A DNA stretch of 64,000 nt from contig OZ241828.1 in the NCBI GenBank assembly GCA_965202585.1, forward strand, positions 70,432,001 to 70,496,000, read 5' to 3'. Shown here piece by piece: positions 1 through 12,210 of the stretch. The notes beneath the pieces are model-generated. The model did no database searches, was not told where the DNA came from, and was given only the letters and a program-made list of their open reading frames with translations. The stretch's first letter is position 1. Every line of letters starts with the position of its first letter. A program made the position numbers and the translations under genes. Source of the DNA: Thalia democratica (Eukaryota).

Positions 1-504
1 CATCATTTTATTGTTTTTTTTTGTCTAGTGGTAAAATAAAAGAAAATCTCAAAGTAAACTAAAATGAAAATTCTAAAAATGGGTACTTAAAGTTTTTTAA
101 ATAGTATTAAAACACTGTTTAAAGCCTAATTAGTTTTTATTTTTGAAAAATGGTGAACTTTAAAAACAGATAAAAACAATGAAAACCATTAGTTTTATTA
201 CGTACTATCTTATTTCTAAATAAACTATGCAAAATATAAAATTAAAAGTTATAAAAAAACAAACGTAATAAAGTGCTGCAGTTGCTTGCATTATTCGTTG
301 TATGAGCTCTAAATATGTAGAGCCAGACAACAATGAACTTATATGGAAGTGAACTCTTAAACCATTTTGTAATTTTAAAATAAAAACTTACAGTTAGGCT
401 CTTAAATCTAAAAAATGCTCTACTGTTGCTTAATCTATAACGTTTTTGATATAATATAATCACAAGAACTTTATTTAAGTAAATGCTGACCTAAAAGACT
501 TCTT

Positions 505-580
505 TCTGAATAGCGCGGCATGCGAGCAACTTTTCCTGAGAAAATCGGTCTACGAGCTAGAAAAGGTTGCTAACCCTTTG
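505..580 (-). mobile_element. Possible hAT/Charlie-type MITE end
   Basis: The minus strand reads AGGGTTAGCAACCTTTTCTAGCTCGTAGACCG...GTTGCTCGCATGCCGCG, resembling hAT-Charlie termini. The second end was not found. Confidence 0.3.
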
Positions 581-1079
581 TCTAATCGATATTAAATTAG
601 TTTTACTTTTATTCAGAAAGCGACAGTGATTTTAATTGGAACGTGAGTTTGTAGATAGATAAAAAATGTGGATTAAATATTTTCTACTAATTCAATAATG
701 TTTGAACTTTGAACTAATAGATATAGTATGAAACAAAAAAAAAACAAATTTATAAGTAAATAATAAATTGTTAAAAAATGGTTAGTAATAAATTAAATAT
801 ATATTCCTTAATTATTTTTGACAAAAATTGTTAGTCAAAAGAAAAACTATGTAAATATTCTAAAAAACATTCCGATTTTTTTCTTAGAATATTTAGTATA
901 TTTTAGCTGCATAAATAAGTAATATCCGTTTTAAATGTGATTTTGTGACTAAAACAGATACTTTATAACAACTTTATTTTCGCGTGTTTCTGAAAAAAGT
1001 TATCTTGGAATCTAAAAGCCTAAGTGTAGTAGAAAGTGTTTAAGTTGTCACTAATCTATTACTTTTTTATTTAGGTTTT

Positions 1080-4000
1080 TAATGTCTAATAACCTACAAA
1101 CAAAATTTTAGGAACCTACAAACTTTGGGTATAAAAAGGTACTAACCAAGATTAAGACCGAATAATTTATACAGTTGTAAGGTACTTTTTAACTTAGTAC
1201 AACTATATTTAATTGCTTTGTTTATAAATGTGTATTGCTAAATTATTTAATTAATAAAAAAGTTTTAAAGAAAAACTAAATTGAAAACAACAGCTTTATG
1301 TTCAAACGATAAATTACCCACATATATTACCTAGCGAAAAAAACTCTAAATATAATATTGATATTAAGTTTTTACCAAATGTCGTTTCTAATAACCATTA
1401 AAAAAAAATTAAACCATGCAAAAACGTTTTTTTCAAACTTTTTAAGAAATTTTTTAAACTATTTTTTTATGATTTAAAATCAAAAAGTTAACTAATGTTT
1501 CAGTTGAACACCAAAAATTTATATAACTATTAAAGGATCTAATCGCATTTGTATAAATTTAATCCTAATGTGAAAAAACTAGCTACTCAAAATATTTAAA
1601 AACTCAATTTTCCTAGATACTTATAAAATCGAGTCTTTGCGTATTGCTGTAAATAATACGAGCTATTTTATCTATTTATGTATATTTTTTCTTTTTACTA
1701 GGAGTTTCAGTGTCTAGATCAGCCGAATTTCTTTTTGTAAATTTTTCTTCTTTATTTATGTTTTCACTGAGTGCTTGAAGTACGAGTTCTCTAGTTGCGT
1801 ACTGAAAAATAAAGAAGATTTTTTATAAAAAAAAAAATGAAACATGAACTATAATATAAAACAAAAACTTTATATAACCTAAAAGTATCTTAATGCTTTA
1901 TAAATACGTTACATAGGAAAATTTAGTGTTTTTAAATTGGTAACTCACTATAGTATCAATTTTCTAGCTAAAAAAATAATAAAAAAGAATACTATAGTTA
2001 TGAATACTAATACTATTGTTTACTAATAACAAGTGGTAAAAGATAATTTTATATTTAGAGATAAACTAAAATGTTAGAAATTAGACATAAAAGTCAGTTT
2101 TTAAAAGTTTTGATATTACTTTTACTGTTTTTTAAATTTCAATATTTGTTACTTTTGAGGAAAACTATATTATTAGAATTAAACTTTTGTTTTTCTTTTT
2201 GATTTCTTCAAGTTGTTACTAGTAATTCGTCACAAAAGAATTCTCGGTAGTTATGTTTCTTGGTAAAACTACTCAATGAAGGGAAAACAAGCAGTTTTAA
2301 ACCTCTAGCTACTTTACATTAATTGTAACTTATTTTATAATAAAATTTTTCGCTATTTTTGAAATCAGACACGTTTTTGTTTTGTCTTAAGGATTTTAAT
2401 AAAAAAATATTATTGTGTTTGCATTAACTTGAATGCATTAAGGTTTGTAACTTTCTGGTACATTCTCTTTTTTAATAAAAAAACAAATCACTTCTTAATA
2501 AACAATCAATAAATTTTGAAACTATCGGTTTAACTTTATGCTAGGTTACATTACATATAAAAGACAAGAGTTAATAGTTCAAAGTAAACTAACTTCGGCA
2601 AAGTTAACGCTAGAAAACTCTAACTTCAATGCATGTTGAAAGTCATAAATTTCCTTCGTTCCTCGCAAATCTTTGATTATTATTTGCTCATCTTCAACAA
2701 TGTTCTTTACGCTCTCATCGTTGTTTAAAACAAGTACATAGATAGTCTGAAAAAAAAAATAATTATTTTTAATAAAAACAAAAAATTCATAACTTTAACA
2801 CTGATTGATCAGTAGAATTAAGGTTAAATTTTTAGTAGAATAGATTTTTGTTTAGAAAATAGCTTAGAAAATTTTTAAATGAATAGTTTTAACTTCTAAG
2901 CTATTTATTTTAAATTTTTCAATAACTAACTTCTTTAGCTTTATATATGTTGTTACGACAATGTAACACTGATTTAACTTGATAATAAAAATTAAGTTTA
3001 AAAATAATTTTAACTATTAGTTTCTTATATGTAAAATTAATTGATTTATATAGTATATTTTAGCCACAGATATCCATTAAATTAACAATATAAAAAAAAC
3101 CTCTGTCATCCAGTTTTCATCAGCTTTCATTTTATTAACGGTGAAATCTTTTTTTAAATTCACTTCATAAGACTGACGCTTTTTTTTTGTTTTCTCTTTG
3201 AGCTTCTTATAAAACTCGGTTAAAGGGGATCCAATGTGAAATGGCATATTTTTTGCTTCCTTTTTTTTTTTTATAAATTCCGTCATTGTAAATTCTGATA
3301 CAATTATTTCTTCATCCTGTTATAAATTAATGCTTTATTTACTTAAAATTAATGTAATATTCACATAATGTAGTTTTAAACTTCTTAAAAAAATGTTTAT
3401 TATTAAAATTAGACTATTTAGAAACAATTTATATTACTATAATTATTTTACTTATTATGTATATATCTATAGTTTAAATCAAAATAAACACAGTTTAAAT
3501 TTACTTTTGTATGTATATCTTTTTTAGGTCTGATTTGAAAATATTTCCAACTTCAGCCATATCTAATTAAAAAGTACTAAAAGTTTCTTAGTTGTATTTA
3601 TTTCTAAATAAGCATGCTGAACTATTAAAGATAAATAGGGTAAAAGTTAGAAGTTTAGGCTTTGATATAATTTTTAAACACATGATGTTTTACAATCTCT
3701 ATATTCAGATCGGGGAATTTATAATAAAATTACAAAACATTCAGTTGCACAAAAGTTAAAGCTTTAAGTTAAAGAAAGTTTATTTTTCCAGCAGTCCATT
3801 CTAACTTTTGTACATTATTAATTATACTTTAACACTATTTGGTAAGTAAAACTTAGCAGTAGATAAAAAAAAATATTTAGGAATACACTTGTGTTAACAC
3901 ATAAAAAAAATTATCTTTTTAAACATAGATTATATTCATTTAAACTGAAAAGTGGGCTTCTATTTAACCAAAAAACATTAAACCTACAAACAGGATATCA

Positions 4001-7000
4001 GTAATCTTTTTTAGTGGAAATATACATTACAATTTATATCTTATGTTGGAATATTTTTCAGTTGTTTTAGTACTTTAAAGTATGTTGGTTTTAAAATTAA
4101 AAAAATTTCATTACAAATACGTTTGATAATAAAAATTTAATATACTATTGTCACTTTGTTAAAATACTGTTTAGTAGGTTCACAAATTATTACTGTTTCT
4201 ACCAAAACATAGTATAAAAATAGATAAAAGTGTGTTTTATAAAGTTAGGCTTCATAATAGTTTTGCTCTTGATACCTTAAACTGTATTCAAGTTGATTGC
4301 GACTCAATAATTGAAAGTTTTTTTTTTAAACCCAGGTCTTAAGACCAACTATGATCAGCGCTTCTTTTTGTTGATTAACAGACAATGATATAACGAAAAT
4401 TAAAACTCTAAATTAAAGCAGCAAAGTAATTACCTTTGAGTCTTGTATTAGTTTATCATACCAGTTCTTCAGTCTGTCATGTCTTGTATGCTTATTATTC
4501 GATGTGTTAAACTTACTTTTTGGTTTTATTCTAAAGCAGTAATCTTTCTCTGAAGCCTGACTCCAAATGACTATGGAATTGTATCTGTTAAAAATATAAA
4601 CAGAAGCTAATTACATCATGCATAGGATTGATGTAGTGGGGATTGATTTGGGAAACAATTATTATCTTTACATGTTAACTTTTAGAAATAATTCAGTTAC
4701 TTAATCATTATAGTTTACTGTACAATATTTTTTTTGTACTTAAAAAATGTATTAAAAACAAACATCATAACTACTGACCCAGCATTTTTGTAATACATCA
4801 TAAAACTCTTTATGATTTCGTAGAACAAAGTAGTTCTTTCAGTCGAAGTTTTTTCTACACTTGATCCTCTGTAATATTTCACCGAATCCAAAAATGAAAG
4901 ATAAATTGAGTTTTTTATGTTTTTATGTCCTTCGTTGTACAGCTATAAGTATAAAGTGCGTGTTAAGAAAATTCAAACAAAATTACGTTATGAAGTTAAA
5001 AAAAATTTAATCTAAAAAACAGTTTTAAGATTTTGACCATTTGATGCTAGCTTTGTTTAATTATCTAAAATATCGTTTATAAAAAGTATTATGAGAACTT
5101 TTGCTTTAATTTATTTTATTCTTAATTCGATAAAATAAAACATACCAAGACATTTTGAATACTAAAAAAATCTAATAGTTTTTATTAATATTATAATTGC
5201 TAAATTAATCTAAAAAAATCTATGGTGTTTGTCATGTGCTAGTTAACTTATGATTGTTTATACAAAAATATATTCTTAAATTTTTACGAGCTAACAACCT
5301 CTGCTTGGAAAATAAAAAAGCATATTTCTTTTTCATCAATTTTCTGGAAAACTGCAAATACCAGCCTGGTAAAGTGAATGTCTGCTTTTTCATAACCAAG
5401 GCTGCAATATACAACAGTTTTAGTCTAAATAGGTACTATTATGTTTTAAATACTGGTTTAATATAATACTATAAGCTTTTTTGTTAAAGTATTTAATATT
5501 AAAAGAGCAAAAATTAGATTGCAGTAGATTTTGTTTTAAGGATTTACTATCAACCATAAAAGCTATCTTTTCAAAATTTTTGATAATAAAAAATAAAACA
5601 TTTTGGATATAGAAATTAAGTTAATCTTCAAAAAAAAAAAAATTGAAAAAAAAACTTAAAAAAACTATTAGATTAACTATTATTTAAAAAGCCATAAAAG
5701 TTAGTTAAGTATTGGTAATATTTTTACACGTCTAGAATTAATAATATTTTGATTTTTGGTATAACAAATATAGAATGAAAAAATTACTGTTTCATTAGGT
5801 GTTTGCAGCCTAAGTCGTATTTTATCTTTTCTTTGTTTAGAATTCTTACAAAAAGTTGCCCTTCGACTCCATTTTCTTTTTGTAATTCATTTATTTTCCT
5901 TTCTATGGTCTTGGTCAATTCATTTTGTCGTAAATTTTCAGCTGATGGAGCCGTTTCTTTTGAACATTCTTTACAAACAAATCTAAACAAATTTAATTAA
6001 ATGCAAACATCTTGTAGTTTAGTTTAAGAAGTTTTGAGGTTTATAAAATTAATTAAAAAATATAGACTTAAAGGATTGATAACAGTTCCTAGCTAGATAA
6101 TCTTAAATTGTTATTTGTGAACGCCCTATGATTTAGTACAGAGGACTACAAACTGCTGTCTATAAAGGGTTAAGAAGCAACCCCTGAGTAATTTTTGAAG
6201 GTCACACTAGATTTTTTCAGATCTTAAACATATGTAAAAAACAGTCTCAGGTGTAATTTACGAGATTTTTAAAACTTAGGTACTTTTAGCAGCTGTACTA
6301 AATACTATGAAGCAAAAAGTGAAAAATACGTCATAGTTGTAATTTACAAGAAGGTGATTAAAACCGCAACTGTGGTCAGCTAACACCAGATGTCTGCCGA
6401 CTTCTAATACTGATATCACAAAGAAACTTCATTAGAATTTCTGACTACTAATGTAGTTGAGTATTTTTTTCAAATTTGAGCTTTAATAATATTGTAAAAG
6501 TACCATTTCAAAAACTTTAAAGTTCAAATGTTTATTGTTCTAAACTTTCTATTATAAACTAATGCAATTTAAATTTATCAAATAAATTTAATGTTTAGAA
6601 AAAAAGAATATAAATGAACATTTACTTTTCATTTTCCGTGTACCCACAAATAGTGTGAAATTGTTTTTTGCATTGAGTGCATTTTTTAGTAGGCACTTCA
6701 ATTAGCTTGTTGTTTACTTTTTCCATAGGTTCAGCTTTTTTACTATCTTTACTTTTTGAACTGTTTATATAGTTAAAAAGATCAGTTGTGTGTACTTTAA
6801 AACTTCTAAGCTCTTAAATATTTACCAAACCTTTACTTTTAGTTTATAATTTAATGGATTTTTAAATTTAATCTTAAAATTTGGTATGAACTAATTCATT
6901 AACAAATATTTAGATATCTTTTTTTTATGTCTTTTTAAAATAACCTAGTCTAACCTTCTTCTTTTAATACTTAAAGCCGTCTTTTTTCCACATTCTTTAC

Positions 7001-8700
7001 AATATGCTTTATTTTTGAGTTCGTAATAACTTTCGTCGACATTAATGCCTCCCTTGCAGTTTTTGTTGCTACATTTCAGCCAGCTTTTGGAGTAAAACAA
7101 CTGTAATAAAAAAAATTAAAGAATTAAACCAAATGGTTCGTAACTAATAAGTATTTTTTGTGAAAAGACGACAAATCAATTGTCATTAAAAAAGACAAGT
7201 TTATTTATACTTTAAAAATTTGTAAATGTATAGAGCAAAACACTTACTCACTAAACTAAAAATTATAGTTTGTATAATAAACAGTCTTACTTTCTTTTTG
7301 CAGCAGAAGTTAACTGTTTCTTCAGATGACATTTAAGTATTTTTTAACCTTAAAATTTGTTATAATAACAATATTTTAAGATAGCTATATGGCTGGTTAA
7401 AATCAAGGATATTTATTTTTTTAGTTAAAATTGTTAAGCTGTCTTTTTGTCATATTAAGTTAAAACTATTGATAAATAAAGAAATATGTTTTATTTATCT
7501 TAAAAAGAGTTGATAAAAGTTAGATAACTTTTTTAAATGACTATATAAAAAATTAACAATGAATAAAAACTAAGAATGATAGTACATTAATACTTTCTGT
7601 TAATAGTATTTTACAAAATGATTTCGTTTTAAAGTAAAAAAATTCAAAAAAAAAAGTTAATTGGAAATCATAAATGAATTTATAATAGTTAAGCTTAAAA
7701 AAAACATTATTATTCTATTACAGCAATTGAATTGAAAAATTATAAACTGTTTTGATAATTTAGGTAAAAAAACTTCGTTAGATTTTGTCTATTCTTATTA
7801 CAAGAAATTTTTAATACTAAAAATAAGCGATTTAAATTACTGCTCTTAGTTTAACCCGATCGTCGCCTTAGGCGTTTATGATAAAAATAATATGCCCTGA
7901 AGCGACTTTTATAAAAAAACTTACATATTATTATATACACACTGTATAAAACTATTTCAAGGATTATCCAGCTTAGTAAAAATGTTGTTTTATAAAATAA
8001 AAAAAAACATTAAAAAATTAAGCCATTTGATAAAAATAATAGTCAATTTTTTTTAAATTAAATTAATCAATTAACAAGAAATACTCTACTAGTCTAATTG
8101 TTTAAATAATAAGAGTTTTGAGGTTTTAAGAAGTTTTTATTTATAAAACATACCTAGGCTCAAGATATTTAAAATAATCTTTTTGAGAAACAAAGGCTTT
8201 ACTTATACTATTTCTAATTTTAATGTAAAAAACGTGTTTTTTTAATACATATGCAACGAAACAATAATACAAAGGTAATATAAAAGTAATTGTATTATTT
8301 ATCTATAAATAAACTATATTTTCTTTTTAGTTTAAAACTTTTAACAAATGTATAATAAAACATTACTCTTAAAGTTAACACTTAATATATTAGGTAAACT
8401 TTTTATACTTTATTAACGAAATCAACTTGTACTGTAAAATAGACTAACTTGTACTTTAATGAATAATTGTGTTAAATCTAAAAACATCTATTGATTTGGT
8501 CATATGATAATTCTATTTCTTAAAGATATTCAAGTGACCATATCTCTAAAAGTAATATTTAAGTCTTATATATATCTACCAGTATTTTTTTATTATGATT
8601 GCAAATTTTTAAAATATTTTTAATAATTTTTTAGATTATTAAAATCTATAAAAATTAACTATATTATGAAACTAATATAACCATAAAAAAGTAGCTTTTA
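1080..8700. repeat. Segmental duplication unit A (paralogous to about 51670-58500, same orientation)
   Basis: Exons, many intron blocks, the 3' flank (gaacctacaaa...gaccga...ttgtaagg) and the 5' flank (tcgtcgccttagg...tatgccctgaag; taatgaataattgtg) align by eye with the second block. Boundaries are approximate. Confidence 0.85.
1676..7332 (-). CDS. Minimal p300/CBP-like (KAT11) lysine acetyltransferase, copy A: RING-PHD-HAT only, 10 exons, about 476 aa
   Basis: Hand-spliced GT-AG exons with matching phases: 7332-7291, 7100-6955, 6760-6626, 5982-5788, 5401-5299, 4942-4779, 4584-4434, 3316-3101, 2746-2594, 1801-1676 (1431 nt, no internal stop). Motifs are collinear with the p300 core: FCCKKK~YCCGRK; KCTQCKKQFHTIC~ECTECGRKMHQIC; FVCKEC~FVCDGC; FQKIDEKEICFF~FEEIDGVDLCFF; IYLSFLDSVKYY~VYISYLDSVHFF; IWSQ~IWAC; RLKNWYDKLI~RLQEWYKKML; MPFHIG~LPYFEG; LEFSSVNFAEYAT~LEFSSLRRAQWST. 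Confidence 0.9.
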
Positions 8701-9388
8701 GATATTAATAAGACCAACATATGTTTTTTTTCCAAATATGTATAGTTATTTGTAATATGGTCTCTTAAAAATTTTTTTAAGAATTTAGTTCGTTGTGCAC
8801 TCAAATTTAATATGTTTATAAAAAAAAAATCAACTTTAATTTTTATGTGAGAATTTTTTTGAATATTTATAACACACAGCGTGAACTAGAAAAAGTATTT
8901 AAGTTGTTTTGTTCGAGAGTTCAATAAATTTCCATATATGGAGTTATTGTAAATCTAGCTGTTGTATAATCTATCTGATTTCTGAAATTGATTGTATCTA
9001 GTCTTAGAAATTAAATAGCAAAACATATAGGGTTTAGGATCGCAAAGTTTAATAAAGTCTCATTTGTAACATCCCATATTTAAAAAAACACAGTGAATCT
9101 TGTTTGGATTTGAAATAACAGATATGGTTCAAGTATGAAAAATAAGAATTTTTGTGATTAAAAAAAAGTAACAAATGACTATTTCTAATTTTTAAAACCA
9201 GATTGAAAAATAAATAAAGTTTGAAAAAGGTTAATGCAAATTTTATAATATGACTTTAGAAAACCTTGACAAAAAGATCTAGTTGAATTTTAATAAAATG
9301 AAAGAATAACTTTTATACTTTATTACTTCTACCAAAGCATTACCTAAATAAGAAATTACAACTAGAAGATTAACAGTTCTATAAAAAC

Positions 9389-9819
9389 CAGGGTTGCCAA
9401 TCAATTAAATTTTTTTTTGCAGATTTTCCAAATTTCTTTTAAAAGTCAAAAATACAAACTTTTTGGTCTATTTTTAGTTTAAAGTTTTGTTTAAGGTAAG
9501 AAAATGTGTTGAAAAATATAAAAAAAATTGAAAAGATACTGTAAAGCTATTTTAAAAATGCTCTTACTAAAAAAAATTTTTATGATAAAAAATTTTTGTT
9601 TATATGATAGATTTTTTGAGTAAAATCAAAATTTTACTACTTATAGTGTGAAAATTGTTAAAATTCCAGGATTTTCCAGGCTTTTTAATGATTTTTGCTA
9701 AAATTACAGATTTTCCAGGTTTTTTCAAAATTTCTTAAATTTCAGGTTTTTCGAGGGTTTTTTTGCCTGAATTCTAAAATTCCAGGCTTTCCATGTTTCC
9801 AGGTAAAGTGGCAACCCTG
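9389..9819. mobile_element. hAT-like MITE with 11-bp TIR CAGGGTTGCCA
   Basis: cagggttgcca at 9389 and tggcaaccctg ending at 9819, with subterminal ttccagg repeats. No clean 8-bp TSD. Confidence 0.7.
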
Positions 9820-11899
9820 TAAACACAACTACTTCATCAAAAAAGATAAAAAAAATAAAACAGAAGGAAAGGTTAAGTTTTACCTTGGTCTATAAAAGTA
9901 TAAAAATACCTTTTGAAGTTCTCTGTCAATCACTTATTTTTAAAATTAAATTCTAATCAAAATCTTTGTAATGGAATACAAATTATATATATGCTTTTTA
10001 TAAAAAAACCCATTTTAACAACAGGTGAAATTTTTACACTAAAGGCTTAGAAAAAAACTAAAATAAAGTTTTAAATGAAAGTTTTAGGTATCTTTAAGTG
10101 TAGACTAATACCTGAAAGGTTGCTGTATAAATTAATTTAGGGTTTTAATATTAGTTGATGCAAAAAAAAAATAAATCTGAAAAATTCAAAACTGTAAAAA
10201 AAAACAAAAATTTATATCAATAAATGTTTTTTAAAGTGTGCATTTTTAAAATAAACTTCAATGAGTAAAAAAAGAATTGTAATTAATAGATCATACTTTA
10301 TAAATTTTATTGAAAATAAAAATTAAAATTCCAAACAAAAAATAAAAATAACAAATACCTGTAAGCTAAGTTTTAGTATTAGAAGAAAATATATAATGTT
10401 ATGACAAGATTTGAATAAAATTTAATTTAAATGTTTTTAAATCACTTAAACTGTTCAACTTTCTAAAATTATGAGAAACATAATTTGATATTAATAAGTT
10501 AAACAGATTTAACACTTGCTTCATATGTCCAAAAAAACTTTTGTGAGATACTGGTATTAAGGAATTTTTTTATAATTTTAACTAAATCTTGGAAACTTTA
10601 ATAAATTAGTTATAACTTTAAAGAAATTTAAAATAAAAATTTTTACTTTACCTATAAAATTATGATTTTTGTTATCCTATAAATGCAAGTTTTATATTTT
10701 TATTAATACATAAATTGTTTACATTAATTTTTTTTTAGATAAAAAAGTAGTAAATTGTATAGAAACTAACTATATTATGATTAAGTTAATATTGACATCA
10801 AATACAGTTATGAACATAAGTTTTAAAGTTAAAATTAAGGTTTCAAAACAACTTTTCAATACAATTTTTTACTAAAAAAACAAAAACTATTTTCTAATTT
10901 AGCTTTAAAAAAACAATAAAAGAATAAGGTAACACAGAAAATAATATTATGTTTTTTAAAACAAAGAAACAAAAAAATTTTTTGGGGTTTTTTGATTAAC
11001 ACATATAAAGTTTGCTCCAAAGTAAAAAAGTTTCACAAAGAGAAAATTTGGTCTTTTTTAATTCTTGCTTAAGAGTTTGTTCCGCTCGAGTACGCACAAT
11101 AAAGCCAAGACAATCAAGTACGGAAAAATAAAAGAATAAAAAATTTGAAAGAATAAAAAAGAAAAGTACACAAAAATAATTGTGATAAGAAATTTTATTT
11201 TACTCAAAAGTGCAAACTAAACAGGTAACGCGCAACCAATACTACGTACTTGGCTAAAACTAGTTGTGTAACTTAATATTGTAAGGAGTAACGATATAAA
11301 AAAGTTAAAACTAGAAAAAATTGTATCTAAAAGAGTCTAAAAGTTTATAATAATGAGAAATTTTAAGCTATTTAATAGTTTTTACACTAAGTACATATTA
11401 ATTAAACAATTTAAATAAAGTTTTTAAAGTAAATCACGTTTTTTTAAAGTAAATTAATTTTTATTTGATACCTTAATCTCAATAATATATATAAAAATAC
11501 GATAATTTATTCTTGAGATGCATAATACTGAATATAGACGTGTTTGTTTATTTTATCTTAAAATTGTGCTCGAGTTGAAGTGTGGTAGATTTTCTTTACA
11601 AACCTTTTAGCAATGTTAACTAATATTTTGGATCCCTATTCTGCCCATCGTTACAAATATCGGATCCACGACGTAATTTTTAGATTGCAAACATTTTGTA
11701 AATAATATAAAAAGAAAACTTTTTAATGTTAAGTATGTTTAGTTGTAACCTTTATTTAGTTTACTATATATGATAGAGCTGTCTGGATTACTATTTTATT
11801 TCAAATTTGCTCTTTGTTTTTGAAGTCATTATTTACGTATTCATCTTGTTTTTATTAATGTTTCTGTGTGACATTTGGTTTTACAGAACAATTAATTAT

Positions 11900-12210
11900 A
11901 TTATTATTTTTGTTCAGGTTATTAAAAAGTGAAGCAACAACTATTTTTACAAAAATAGGCGAGTATTTATTTAGGCCATCAAAAATTTGAAGAAATTCAT
12001 TTTAAACATAAAAAATCCAATTATATAGCAAAATTAGCTAAAGACCATTATGACATACATTTACTTAATCACATCCGGCGACGGTTCTGGATGACAGAAT
12101 GGTAGAACAAAAAGCAGTGCCGCTTTTAGACATCCCAGTCAGCGTCGGGAGCATTTCGTTTCCTACAGACCATTGCTATGGATGTACGGCGATCACTATT
12201 TGGCAATACA
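11900..12210 (+). repeat. Dispersed repeat of about 310 bp (copy 1)
   Basis: Matches 15770-16080 in inverted orientation (e.g. cctacagaccattgctatgga.gtacggcgatc) and 15530-15730 in direct orientation. Confidence 0.7.

Noticed and set aside
5232-5414. ORF-track peptide MYIAALVMKKQTFTLPGW (and its twin 54812-54994)
   Set aside because: Wrong frame. The phase-2 acceptor at 5402/5403 gives LGYEKADIHFTRLVFAVFQKIDEKEICFFIFQAE, which matches p300.
6643-6648. Apparent donor GG|GTACAC ending HAT-A exon 3
   Set aside because: Absent in B (GG ATATAC). The next 18 nt code GYTENxK in both copies with synonymous changes, and both share a downstream AA|GTAAAT donor.
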